Of a stretch of DNA of 64,000 nt, positions 37,211 through 51,700 are shown piece by piece. Below the pieces are notes generated by a model. The model was not told the DNA's origin and made no database searches. It saw nothing but the letters and a program-made list of their open reading frames with translations. Position numbers and translations under genes: made by a program. The stretch is from positions 339,291 to 403,290 of the forward strand of contig NMRA01000080.1 in the NCBI GenBank assembly GCA_002633005.1, read 5' to 3'. Origin of the DNA: Phoronis australis (lineage: Eukaryota; Animalia; Phoronida). The number at the start of each line of letters is the position of its first letter. Positions within the stretch are counted from its first letter, which is position 1.

Positions 37211-39627
37211 AGAATTTTTAAGCAGCAACTGCATGAGACATTGTTCAATTTCCTGGTGGCCTATGATTGGCCAGCTAGTTAACCAATGGGAGATCTGATT
37301 ACATCAGCATTCAGACTGAATCATGGGTCAATTGGACATATCAAATTCCTGTTCTGGTTCAAAGGTTCATGTGATGATGGAATTAGTGACCACAACTCCA
37401 CAGCTGACCACAATGGGGGGTGGGGTGGATAACTGTAAACTTTATACAACAGAAATCATAGAAATCCACCACAGGCTAGTCAGAGTGTGCATTGTAGCAA
37501 TGAAAAGCTATGTCTCATGCAGAAAATGCAATGGCTGTAGAGCCACTTTCTTCCAAGAAAACTGATTTTGACCCTTAACATCATAAAGCTGGTCACAACT
37601 GATCCTGACCAGAGTGGATTTCTGGTCTTGGCAGGAATTGGCAACTCCTGATTGCTCAACATCAGACTCAATACTTTGGCATACGAGAGCCAGTCAGTTA
37701 ATGGGCCAAGCATCGTGTCGAGCACGGACTGAACTGTTGGCTTTTCCAAGCCCAGAAGTCCTCTCCAGGAAGTGGTCCAACATATTTTCTTTAACATAAG
37801 GCGCAGGTTTATAACACCTTTAAAGGTATTTGCATGCTCCTAACTATGCTAATGTATGGCAGGAACTAAACGACAATACTATTTTAACATACCGGTAATC
37901 TACGCCAAACAAAGTGCAGCTGTATTCATTGACAACTTGAAAATGTGAAAACAAAAAATTCTGCAAATAGATGACCTTTGCACTAATGATGTATCTCGTG
38001 GGCTCACACGGCCCGCATCATGCAGTGTTATTCCCCAGCACCTCATCATGGTACTTACTGGATATGTTTCAGTGATCTGAGGCAGATCATTTTCGCCACA
38101 AAACTCGTTCTTAAAAACATTTGTCAATTTTCAACCTACTTCATATTCACATCGTCGCTATATGTTGTGTTTCTAACTAAATTGAATTTCACCCTACTGA
38201 GCTGGCTAAAAATGAAAATTAAATTTGGCCTTTTACTCTCATAAAATTAGTCTAATATTTCTTATTGTGATAGGATTCTATTTTCGATTCGTTACCTACA
38301 ATAACTTCGAAATCATCAACAACTCTTGAAAATGCAAATTCAAAAATGGCGCATGAATGCATTGCCTGGGACTTGAGCTGCCAGTAAACAATTCAAGATT
38401 GGATGAACGTGTTAATGCCTTTATACCCCAAACTGCTTGGGTTAAGAATTCCACATTAACAGAAAAACAGCGGCAAAATGCCCCTTTAACAGTCTGGTGT
38501 GTTGTTCTCTGGTAACGCGTAGCTACAAACCGAAATAGCGTTCTCACATTTGGAATGCAAACAAAGGGCTTTCCCAGTCGCTTCAATCACATCAACTGGC
38601 TACAGGAAGCAATTAGTTTCATATTTCCTTTCATACTATATCCCTTGCAGCTGTCCACCAATCAAATCAATGACTCATAACAATGGCACGACTTAGTAAG
38701 TCTACGCTAGGCATTCTCAGACTGTTCCTTGGACACATCAATAAGTCTTCACTTGCTGTTGGGGCATACATGCTTAGCCTATGAAAACGTCTACTGTAAC
38801 ATCGAATCAGCAACAAATACACACTCAGATAACGGGATAAATTCCTCCTCACCGAGTCTAAATTATGTTTTACAATGCACTTATACTTGTTTGTACCATG
38901 CCTTGAAACTTAACTATTCCAAGCTGCCACAAAAAAGCTTTCATGAAAAATTTGCACCCCTCGAGTAAATTGAAACATAGAAGTCAACACCGAATAGCCA
39001 ACTATCGCACGAAAGGGTTGATATAATACAACTCACAGTTCTCCACAAGTCCACGGGGACTTCTAAGATGAATGAAACAAAATGGCCGCGAGTCGAGAGA
39101 CCTCCGGTGACAGCCATTGGTTAATGACTTAGAAATTTATAGTTTGCAAGAAGAAATCAAGGCAAGTGGATACGTGTGGGGTATCAGTTAATATTTTCTC
39201 ATCTCCAAGTTTTATGAAACACTGAAACCAGTAACAACTTACAATACTAATTCAAAAATCTGTAACTTGAGCAGTCATGTAAAGGATGTAAAGTACAGGA
39301 CAATAGTAATTAGACGAAATACTGTTAACCCATTATTACGCCTAATTACGATTACAACAAAAATGACAGGTAACGATATTGTACTGGCAAAAATTTAATC
39401 ACATAATGGTTTAACCAACTTTCTACCTTTGCTATTAACTTCCCTTCATTATCGGTCCTTAGGGAAGGCTATTGCCATGATTTAAGCCTCCGCCCAGCCA
39501 TCATGACAAGAAATTTTGTGTCATTTTATGGCATGCACTGTATGGCAGAGCATGGGGAAGCCATACCACTGTAGCTCATTTTCCTTTTGCCTTGAGACGC
39601 TGTCATCACGCAAATCTTTAGGCAGGC

Positions 39628-39733
39628 TCACAACAGCTGCACTCTGTCTATCATCCACGTTACATCTCTGTTTGGCCATTGGCTGAAACCATTCCGCTGG
39701 TCATTTCCTTGTAGTGTTGGCCTGGACTTTTCT
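39628..39733 (-). CDS. LAS1L: LAS1L terminal coding exon
   Basis: catttcag|A EKSRPTLQGNDQRNGFSQWPNRDVTWMIDRVQLL* ; candidate ATTAAA poly(A) signal at 39399-39394 on the minus strand. Confidence 0.8.
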
Positions 39734-42700
39734 CTGAAATGAGAAAGCGTCAAGTGAACCCTATGTTTATTTATTTATTTATTTATTAATGTAATATTTA
39801 CAATGAGGGTAGCAACCTTTGATGGTCACTGCCGCATAGATATCAAAGCAGTTGTGGTCATCCACACACTTCTGATATCTTGGTAAAAATATTATTTTCA
39901 CCATTAAAAACTTGTGGCATTTAAGTCTCTATAAAGCATGTGCTGGCATCAGAAATGATAATCTTTGCGGGCATGTTAATTTTGTGCTTCTTAATTAAGT
40001 ACCATCATCCAATTCCTGTACTAATTAAATTGTAATTGGCAGCAATAAAATGTCCGGAATTGTTAGATGACCATGTGGTTGAAACTAGCCCACTGTTTTG
40101 TTTTGTATTTATTTAATGTTACCAAAAATATAATGTGCAACAATAGGAGTTAAGCCCATAACGGACTACATCTAGTTTACTGTTACCAGCAACTTAATGG
40201 TGGAGCGCAATCTCAGTCAAGTCTAGAAATCAAATCTTGATAAAGGAATGAGAGAGTACAATTTTATTACAGTAGGTGGCCTAAATCGAGTTAATTTCTT
40301 GAAAGAAGTTGCCGACGGATTTGTTTTGTCTCAGGACTAAAAATTGACCCCCCGCTGTTCATACTAAATGCTTTCAACCAATGGACTATCAGTTAAATAC
40401 AGAAATCCTGTTGGAAGAGTTCACAGCAATTTCAAAATGTTGTTTTTATTGTGGTGCAAATGCTCGCATTTAATTTACAATGTTACTTTTCTTATCATCA
40501 GCGCCTAGAATGACCAGTGACAAAAAAGGAAAATTTTACAGGTGCTATATCATTCCACAAATAAGCTTGTGTGATAGAAATCTTGTGTTGTAAACCTTAC
40601 ATGAAATAAACGTTACTGCATAAATAAAGTCAAAATAATGATAAAAAAGAGATGTAAATAAATTGGAAATTAAATTTAGAGGAAATCGAACCCAAAAAGA
40701 GAAAATCCTCTTAAATGATGAAAATTCCAAGCTCTGTATCATATTGTGAATATGCACTTACTAGAACATTTCAACAAAGCGACTGGGATAATGTCCATCT
40801 CTATATTTTCAAGGTGAAGATTTTTTTCATTCAGAGAATTTCTCACTAATGACGCCATTATTAAACTGTTTAGTAAGAGGCAGAAGTAAGCATATATTAT
40901 CTATTCTAATCTTTCCCCATGCTCGGATCATCAATGTTATCATGCACTCAAGGTCCAAGGGATCAACAACCCAACCAGCATGACTTGCAATGAACTGCAG
41001 CAGGAAGTGACTAGGCATATTGAATTTGAACGATTGCCAAAGAGTGATAAGTGAAAATTCTACTCTTGGCGAGTAGCAACTACTAACATCCAAATACAAG
41101 CAACTGGTTATCAACTATATAAACAACCTTATTGACGTTTGAAGGTACCAAAATCTAGAAAGGAAGCAATTTACTTGGCATAACAAGTTTTCAATCTGCA
41201 AAGCAGCATTGATTAAATGTCTTAGCACCAAGTTTTTGAGGAAACTGTTGAAAGCAGTACGAGCCTAATGATTTTGTTCGTTCCGATCACAATTACATTA
41301 AACGGTATTAGCGAACAAGGGTTGGGTTTCAGGAAATAAAATCAAAGTCAATTGGAAAATGGAATTTATGTAGAAAATATTGAAAAAGCTATAACAAAAC
41401 TTGTTGGAAAACGAGCAGATTTTAACAATAAACAATTAACAAACAAAATGGGAAATGATAACAAATCAATATCAGGGAATATACCAATTTTAAAGCAAAA
41501 AAGGACAAAGGATAAAATAATAGTGAAGAAAGCTATATGAAGTTGGTATGTACTGGTAATTTGAATGTTGAGCTTGAAAATGATAATTCAGTCACGGAAA
41601 GCTTGGCAGAGCCAAATCAGAATTAATTGCAGTTCCAAAAAGTAAAAGGAAACACAGTAAGAAGCCAAGTTGAATGGACAGAAAATGGAGAAGGTAATTC
41701 CCAATATTTTCCATATTTTTAGAAAAAAGAAATTACAGTAAAACGCATAACACAAATTAAAGGTGATAATGGACAATCAATTAAAGATCAGGAATTAATT
41801 AAAAATGATATATTTGATTATTTCTCCGGTGACAAATTACCGTTATTAGGGAAACCCCTGCTAAACATATTTGAATTGTCTAATACTTTATAAATTGATG
41901 ATGTTGAATTTTTAGACAAAGATTTACCATACATTAAAATTTTTGAAGCTCTAAAAATAAATAATCATTTGTGCAGAAGAGCTGAGTTATGAATTTTTAA
42001 AACATTTTTTTGAGGAAATCAAGCGTCCTCCTCTTGAATGTTTAAAATTCAGTTTTGAGGTAGGGCGTAAGTCTCCCTCACAAAATAGAGATATTTTATT
42101 CCTCTTATACCCAAACCCAAAGATGATGGAAAATCACACTAAAAGTTTCGAAGCTTTTCATTTTGGCCAGACTTTTAGAAGATCAGTTAAAGTCATATGT
42201 AACAAACCTACTCTACTTCTGGCCTGTGGGACAAGGAAACTGATCATCAAGTGATGTACTTTGTTAATAACTATATTGTGTCAAAGTAATAGCTAATTAT
42301 AAAAGGAATAGTAATTCATAAACGCAAGAAAGTTTCGAGACATCCAGTTAAGGCATCAAAATATTGAAAAAGCTATAAACATCGAGTGCCTCTCTCTAAA
42401 TACTTATGGTACAGTGTCCTGATCTTAATGATGCATAGTCTGGCTAAAACGCCACCCATTGGCCAGAACAATAGTTACACCACTAGCCAAGTTGAAGTCC
42501 ATGAGTCGGACAGATGCGATATTGCAAACTGAAGTAAACAATTTCCGGTATTCCACTAATTAAATTTTTTTGTGAATAGTAATTCAGTTAAAGGTGTTAT
42601 AAAAGGAACTAAACACAAGGTAGAATTACGATATGCTGATAACACAATAATAAATCATCAGAACAAGAACTCGCAGGGCACTCACTTATTTTCCTCAAAG

Positions 42701-45700
42701 TTTCAGAGAAGTGCCTGGATTAACGTTAAACAAATCCAAAGAAATAAGGAAGCTTATTTCTCGGTAAAGATACAGAATGCTGTGATATATTGTACAGACA
42801 ATGGTCTCAAAGGCCAATTAAAAGTTTAGGACTATACTTTAACCAAAATGAAAATTAAAGAGAACAATGTGTAAAATTACGATGTCAAAATTTATAATTT
42901 TCCAAAATTATAATATACATGGAAAAACCATAATATTGCTTTATTGGGAAGAACTGAGGGTATCAAAACTTTTACCAGGACCAAAAAATTTGTAACTAAT
43001 ACCATGGGTATGCCTAATAGCAAAAGGTAAACATCATAATCCTATTATCTATTATTACTTTGTTTAAATAAAGTGTTACAAAAAACAAACAAAACAAAGT
43101 CTTGTCATCAATGAGGAAATGTTCAAAGCATTTTTGCTTGATTCGCTCTAGAAAAAACATGAAACAGTAATATTGTCTGCCATTCACAATTAATGTAACA
43201 GTTGTAATTTAACAAAAACAGAGTTCACACCAGATTTTCACAGGCAAACATTTTGATTGACTAGAAATACTGTATGGCTTCATAGTTCATGAAATATGGT
43301 CTAATTTCCTTCCATAGCTTGGACAAACCAAGTCAACTTCAGTCACTCAGCTTTTGCCTGTTTTAAGCTCAATTAATGAGGTCACAGGTACGCAAATAAC
43401 TTAAAAAAACATCAAAATGCCATACATAGGAATAAGTTTACTATAACATTACAGTGGAGCCCACTTAAGGGCAAGCCCTCGATTTTGATAATAAGCAGGA
43501 TATATCATTAAGCGGGGTTTCTATTTGGCTATTCATGCTATGTGACGAGTCTCAGAGTAAGACGTCTGGGAAAAAGGAAAGAAATTATTTTTATACCCGA
43601 CGTCGGGATCTGATAAGACAAATTAATTTAATAGAAATTACATTACTATTTAGACAGAAATTCAAAGGTACACATCATAATGATTATGGAGAGTCAATGA
43701 TGCTGATTTTTAAAGACAATATGCTGGTTATTCAGTACACAGACTCGATGTTCCTTGAAAACATGACTAAACCTTTTGTTTGAAAGCTTGATACACAGTC
43801 ACTCGTAGTGTTGAAACAATCTCATTTCTTCAACATGAGCGATTCTTTATCCGACAAGCTTCCAAACAAAAAGTTTAGTCATGTTTACAACGAAGTTTGT
43901 GTTAACGAAGGGCTGCTATCAAACTGCCTGATAATGTGTTACTGCTTGACTCAATGGGAAATGATTTATTTTTTGACATTTCCTGACAATAACCAGGATA
44001 TTCTGTTGACCAATAAAGTGGACTCATTGTTACAAGATTAGCCAGCAGTGGCACATGCACCATGTCATGTACTTCTTGTACGTCAAGAGTGGTCTTCCCT
44101 CATCACCGACAATGAAGGGGAATAAACGAGAAAGTTAGTAAGATCAATAAACCATTCAGTGACTAGAATTTTACACCCAGGAATTTTTGCTGTAAACCGA
44201 ATTAGATGTTATGGCTGGAAAACAGTTTTTTGTCTCATTACTTGTGTCTTGTACTGAATGAACCTTATTCGTCCAGGTGCCATATCTGAGCCTCTCTGTA
44301 GGTTTAAAAAACAATGCATTTGAGACATAGAATATAACGAGTCACGTGAAAAAATCACGCTTTGCGGTGCGATTAAGCGCAGAATGCATTGATTTTAAAA
44401 CTTAAAAAGAGGCTCACTTTTAAAATGGCGTGAATAAGGTGTACAGGTAACAAGGACAACGTCACGCGTGAACGAGAAACAGAATTTGTCTGTGATCAAT
44501 AGTTGTACTTTTAACATCAACATGCAAGACAAACAATACATATCCTTCAAACTGGCATATGCCTGTGACCAACTCCTATACTCTTCTCCCTTTTATTTCA
44601 AATTCCAAAAATTTTCATTTTTCTACCTTTCAAAGCCGCTTACCTCGCTGCCAATATTCCAAATTTAACCAAATGTTGTTTTATGACATCTACGTAGTGC
44701 ACACCTAGCTAATAGTAGACTAAATTAATCCTCGTAATTTTCATTCTCTTCGACAAATTCAAATTTCACTTGTCAGTCATGTTATGTGTTAAACTGGATA
44801 GGAATTACCAGAACCAAGTATTTATTGTCTGACTGTGTGAAATACTTGAAATCCATTTACCAATTGAAACAAAAATACAATCATGGGTGCTGATTACCTT
44901 AACTCAGAGATATTCATTGCCCTTGTAGAATGATTCGTTACATGTAGTGAGTCTCCACTCATCAGTCGAAGCTGAGGAAGTTCCAGATCAGAAACTGTGG
45001 CATTTGCAGAACCTAGAACGCCACCTATTGGGACCTCATGCCACTTAATAGAGCCTGTAACGAAAACGGTTTGAAGACAGGGATATTAAAAATTCTCAAC
45101 AGCGGACAATCTGCCAAAACCAATTCATAACATTTCATCTACGTCACTGCTGCTGCGAGATGAATGTGAGGGCTTGGAATGACCAATTAAAACGAGGAAA
45201 GTTTTCCTGGTGATGTGCCTTTCCCAACAAATAGGCTTGTGTGATAGAAATATTTTTGTGTTGCAAAATTTAACTGAAATAAATGTTTTTGCATGAATAA
45301 AGTCAAAATAATGATAAAAAGCGGAAACTGGAAATCAAATAAAAAAGAAAAATTCCAAGCCCTGATACATCCGGTGACGTCACAGATAACTTGCAGACGT
45401 GTGTGCCGATTTATGATAAGGGGTGAGATTTAAGTTGATTGGATGGCATTTGCCACTAGAAGTTGCTATCAATATCTGTTAGTGGGTGAAAATGAAGTTG
45501 ACTATGATCAATAAGATAGAATGAGGCAAGTGTTGAAAAATGCCCATGACTGCAGTGCAAACGGTATGCTTCCACGGGTGATTATTAGTCTCTTGAATGA
45601 CCACTAGATGGCGCAGAATATGTCAAACCCATCCACAGATGTAAAGGCCTTGTCACAGTAATCGGACCCATCCAAAACTTGTTACTCGTGCACAGGAATG

Positions 45701-48700
45701 CATCTGCCAAGTTTCTTTATCACTCTCTGTGCAGTTTGGCAGATGCAGACAACAATTTAACTCGAACAGAATAAAATGGACACTAGGTACAGCAAAATCC
45801 GCCAAATTTGACCAAAAATTCTGTGGGCGCGTCAGGAACAGGTGGTGAGATCGTCTCATCCATGAGTCAGCTCACCTAGAACTGCCAAACAACATGTCGG
45901 GAAAGTGGATGACATTTCATGGAAAGATGTCATCGTTTCCCTTATAGAAACCTATAAATTTCATGAAAAACATTAAAGGAACTCTGAAGATACAAAAGCA
46001 TGTAAAAAACTAAAAGTGGTCTTCTCAGCAGGAATACATCTACCAATTTTCTTAATGAGCCTTTAAGCGATTTGGCACATAGGGAAACGGACGCAAAAGA
46101 CAGAAACAAATGACCACTATGTCATTGTCTCCTTAATAGAAAATTATGTGCCAACTTTCATGAAAATCCACCAAAAAGTAACTTCGAAAATACAGATGAT
46201 GGGGCAATATGCACCCATAAATGTGGACACACAAAAAGGAAAGCATAAATACACTGTTCATGATATGTCTTAATAAAATTGAAAACTTCTCAAGCGTACA
46301 AGCTACAGAGGTTTTCAAATAAATATCTTCGAAAGCTGACATGGTTTTGGAGTTAAAAGATTTCTGCCAACTCCTAAAGACAGGTAATAGCGGACTTGTC
46401 ATATTGGCACTTCCCTGGTTTACAAGAATCCTCATCTGAAATGGATGCCGGCAGACATTTTTTTAGTCGGTGAGTGCAGATCCCAAAATGAGTTTAGGTA
46501 AAGACCAGAACCAACTTTGCTAGTTTTGATCTTACTGTACTAACAAGAAGACTTATAGAAAAGCTTCAACACTTTTATGATCCGAGGAGGGTAGATGCAC
46601 TAATGTTGCAGGATCACTATAAAATTGCACCGTTGTTGCAAAAAAAACACTCTCAAATTTGAACTTTGTCCAACTTACTCTCTGACAGTGTCCAAGGTTG
46701 AAAGTGTCCGTCTGTTTTTGGATTTGCTGTTTCGGCTGCCTGCATTTCAACATCAGCGTCTCCTTAAAACATGGATTCACAGAAAGGTATATTACTTGGA
46801 CATCACCTGCATCAAGTTCAGAATACACTTGAACATAAAAAGCAAAATAAAACGGCATATTGATTTAAACTCATCTTGAAGAAAGTACGTAACAAATGAA
46901 TTCAAAGTTGCAGTATCCGGATTTAGTGAATAAGATATAAATTTCAAAGTCTAATTAAGCCCAACATTCTTCATTTGATACATTGGAAAAATTGTCACCT
47001 TTGATCCTGGACAAAAGATCCCCAAAGCCAGGTGTCCTTATATTCTCTAACAATGATAGTGTCTTCTACTTTCTCATAAAATTAGACCGGTTACAACAGC
47101 AAGGGCCCATTTTATCAAAGGCCACAGACCTGGGTGTAGCTGTGACATAACATCAAAAAAATCTCTGCACCAAGCATGCAATGAGTTGTGCTCAAAACTA
47201 TAAGCACATGCAACCAATGAAATTCACACAGAAGAACGACGCTGACAAGCATGTTGCAGTCAGCCATTAGGCTGGTATCATTCAAAGTGTGTTACTCGAA
47301 ACAATTCTCGTTTTGCAATATTATACTTTTAAATTAATTCAGGCAATGAAAACAGCTATATACTTTCATTCCTTAAAGAAACCTGTTGGCTAAGGCCATA
47401 TTTACAACAGGTGTCATGCTGTTCCTCATTGAAATGCTGAATGATTTTTGGGCTTTGAGAGAAATGACAGCCGCTTATCACTTGAGGCTGTGCTCAGTGC
47501 ATAAATAATGATCCATTATGACAAGTCAACATATTGAGCCAGGTATCAAGCTATAACAAACTGTTGTTTCTCCGAAAGCCTAGAGATCAATTCTAATCTG
47601 AGTAATTAGAACAAATCGAGATTAATTCTGAATTCAAAACTTAAATAAATTTTGGATGGAGGGCTGGGGCCCATTCCAAGAAAACTGACTTAGCTAAGAC
47701 AAATCTTAAATGCCAGCCAATTTTAAGATAAAACTTAAATTTGTTTCAAGTCCATTTTAAGAAAGAGATCTTAAGTTTGATTTAAGTTTGTGACTTAATT
47801 TTTGTTTTAATTTTGACTTACCAGATAAGGAAGTTTCTATGTTTTGAAGTTGAGACATATTGAAGACTTAGGTCACAAATGAACTTAAGTCAGTTTCCTG
47901 GAACGGGCCCCAGGTTTGTAGCATTTTTTAAAGTATCTCCAACTTATCTACCAACCATGAGCTTGACTAGTCAAATCCTGCACAGTGTATATCGTCGTGC
48001 ACTCATCTTGGACTGTCATCCGGCTTGTGCCCATGTATGTGTCCATCAGCATGAACAATCGGTCCTGTTCATTTCTGTCAAGAGTATCCGGGTGACAAGC
48101 AAGGATTCTGAAACAGATTTATGGCCTTGAACTAAAATGCCAACACTGACTACGACACATTTGTCTCCTGAATAAAGAATATTAATGTTAAAACAACACT
48201 GAATCCCATTTAACACAATACTAACAGCAACTTCATTCAATTGGTGAGTCAAAAATCAAGCCAATTTCAAGAGACACAGCCACATACTAATTAAATAGAC
48301 TGGGATTAAATGCTAAAATTATTTGGACAGAAAACACCGGATATGCAAAAGCCTATTTATTAGGAAAGCAGACGACAAGGTCATAAACCGTGACATAGGT
48401 CAGTACCCTCAATCTGACATTTATGACAATCATGGGCATTGTGCGGCTTGGAGAAAATCATAGGTTGTCAAATATGACACCCAAATCGTCACGTTTCACC
48501 TATCTTTCCTAGTTTTCGTTGAACAACGCTGCCTTCCGTCTGCTTACTTCCAGTTCTAATTCAAGCACGTTTGATGTGTGCTGGATGCCATGGTGGTAAA
48601 TGCATTGATTTCATAACAGAGCCATTGTGAACCGAAGGCATTAAGTCTAGAAAAACCGTTAGTAATTTAAAGTTTGAAAGTCAAAACAAAACTTTGAAAT

Positions 48701-51700
48701 GAACTTGGGGAGAATTATTGTCTGACTTTTGTACATGTAGTGGTGACTTCGTGGTGACTTGGGATTTTTCCAACACAATTTGAGGTCGCATTGGCACTGT
48801 ACAAATTAAATGCCACAGTGATAAGGCCAATGGAGTGGCTCAAAAAATGCAGTATCGTCACTGGTAAAGAACACGGTTCCCTGGAAACTGTGATGGCTCA
48901 GCTCCGAAACACACTTCTGCAATCAGTGCCTGTTAAACTATACACATGTAGCTCCAACAAACAAATGACCATTCCTGATAATACCTGTTAATGAGTTCAC
49001 GTGTCCCCTTGCAAGGTTCAAGGGCACATTTCCTGACAACCTCTCTCCAAGGGAGACAATCAGCTTTCTTCAAAATAAACTTTGATCGTGACTCATTAGA
49101 TGGCTCAACTAAAAAAGATACATAGTTAATTAACTAATGGAAGTTTACTATCATTGGCGTGTTTGTATTCATTTGTTCCATGACGGCACAATGTACAAAA
49201 TCTATCGACAGCATTCACTTTCAACTGAATTGGGCAAAGCAATCGTCACTTTTGAGAAATCTCATTTTTTGAGAACGTGTTATAAACATGAGGTATTAAG
49301 TCCTAACAAATTTTTTAATTCATCCTAAGTACTTTAAATTAATCGTATTAATGCACTTTGTCATCTGATGAGGGTTTATCTTGCAACATAACAAGTTTGG
49401 GTTTTTGCAGCTCAACTCATTCCAGTAATGGTGCTTAATTACTTCAAAGGAAGTATCTCAAAGCAGTGCTCATGACAATATGACAAGACAGAACAATGCT
49501 AGTGGCAATTTTCACTAAAAAATGTTCAGACTCAAGTAACACCTACAGTAGATGTAATGCTTTCGAGCTTATTCAGGGCTTAACCCTTATCAAAGTAAAC
49601 ATTACAAGAGCAACGCGGAGCGTTGAAATGCGCCCACAATTGCACCGCATACGGTATCCTTCTAGGGTTGTTTATTGGTACCATAAAGTGGCCAGTAGAG
49701 GGCATACTTTGCAAAATGGTCATTGTCTCCTCAATAGGCTAGGGGCAAAATGTGAGTAATCTTCATAATACAAGCACATCCTATACACCAGTTGCTTAAA
49801 GCACCACAGAAACATAGAATTAAAAACAAATTTACCAACATACGAGATTAGCACAGCATTAGAATGCCAGAAACAAATTTCTACTTGGAACTTTTCCTTC
49901 ACAGTCACGAAGTAACACAAAGTATACACCTGAAGACCTATGAAAATACAGAGGTCAATGTAAAATACTAAAATTGCCACTAGAGGCAAATACTAAAATT
50001 GCCACTAGAGGCATACCGGTAATCAGAATCATCCTAAAGTCGTCATCGTCCGTTGTCAACATCACATAAATACACTTGCTAAATTTAGTAAAGATCCTGC
50101 AAACGGTTTGGGAGATACAGCCATGGGCGCAAAAAAAAAAAAACTGCCACTAGGAGGCGCCACAGTAGTCCAAATCGTCTGAAAATCATTGTCAGCTGTC
50201 TTCCTTATAGTAAGCACATACACGCCAATTTTCACAATCATCCTTTGAGCGGTTTGGTTGATAGAGGGGTGGACGCAAAAATACAGACTCGAAAACAGTA
50301 AAAATGGCCACTAGGTGGCGCAAACTACGTCGAATCCATCTGAAAACAGTAGGATAGCGTCATCTCACTAATAGGTGCCTACATACCAAATTTCATGAAA
50401 ATCCGTTCAATACTTTTGAAGATACAAAGGTAAGCGTAAAAAACTAAAATTGCCACTAGGGGGCACACCGGTAGTCGGATCCGTCCGAAAGTTCGCACAT
50501 GCCGTCCCATTCATGAATGGAACATATGTGCCAAATTTCATGAACGTATGTCAAAGGGTTTTGGAGATAGAGCAGCGGACGCCGGACGCCGGACGGACGG
50601 ACGGATGGACGGACGGACGGACGGACAGAGATGACGGCATAATGCGTCCACATATAAATATGTGGGCGCATAAAAAAACCAAGTAATGTGATAAGTCACA
50701 AAATTTCAGAGATGTTTGGGCCAACGTTCATCAAGAGTTCATGCAGTGCCAGTGCAGCACCCAGACAAAATATGGTTCAACTTTTTGGTACTTGCAACAG
50801 AAGCATGAGTAAAATCCATATTTCTCTGTATTCAATCACAATTCAATTTCATACAGGTCACCAATTCTCCATGAAGTCATCTCATAGTTTCGCAATTTAC
50901 ATAACATTGTTGAAGTTTCAAAAAAAGTTCAAGACATCCAACTTGAAGAACAACATGTCATGAATTTCTATACAGTTTGTGTCACCTTTCGCAGAAGCAC
51001 TCGCCAGACAACTAATCCACCCAGCTGTAATCCTATTGGCCAGAGTATCGTCGTCCGTCAGTCTGTCGCTCAGCTGATCCAGAAGGAATGGCAGTGACGC
51101 CATGTGGTGAAGAGTTTTTATGACTGGCCACCAAAACTGTATTAGGTCGACAGGAAGTTCATTGTTGTCTAAAATACCTGCAAGAACAATCATACAAGTC
51201 ATAGAGCCACTGCCACTTCACAATGATACACTGACAATTTACAAAATAATCTATCAAAAATGCAAAATACACTTTGAGATTGAACACACAAAAGGATCTG
51301 CGAATCCTAAAGCTTCCTGCAGCCTATAAGAAAAGCTCTCCATGTTCCGCAAAGCTGAAAACAACAGCAGATTTTAGTATAAATTACAAACTGACGCAAC
51401 TCATTACAGTACAGTTCAATAATATGTTGTCGACTGGCAGCAGAGGTGGGGCCTGTGTGTATGGACAGAAAAATTTTGTGAACTGATCACGTGACGTATA
51501 ACGTTGAGAACACTAACCAATTAGAAGCTTCCGTCAAGATTATAACGTCACTCTGCTTTTCGAAACACTTTTCAGAGTTCTCTCTTGGCAACAATCTAAA
51601 CATGGCTCAAATTGCGTTCCAAGATTTTCATGATTTAATTCAACTTCCTGTTAATGTTCCGGAACATCTTTAGAAAAGCACATCACTACCACTTCATGAT

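Noticed and set aside
48046-48252. 68-aa minus-strand ORF as a LAS1L exon
   Set aside because: Wrong frame; the phase-consistent exon is 48107-47956 in another frame.
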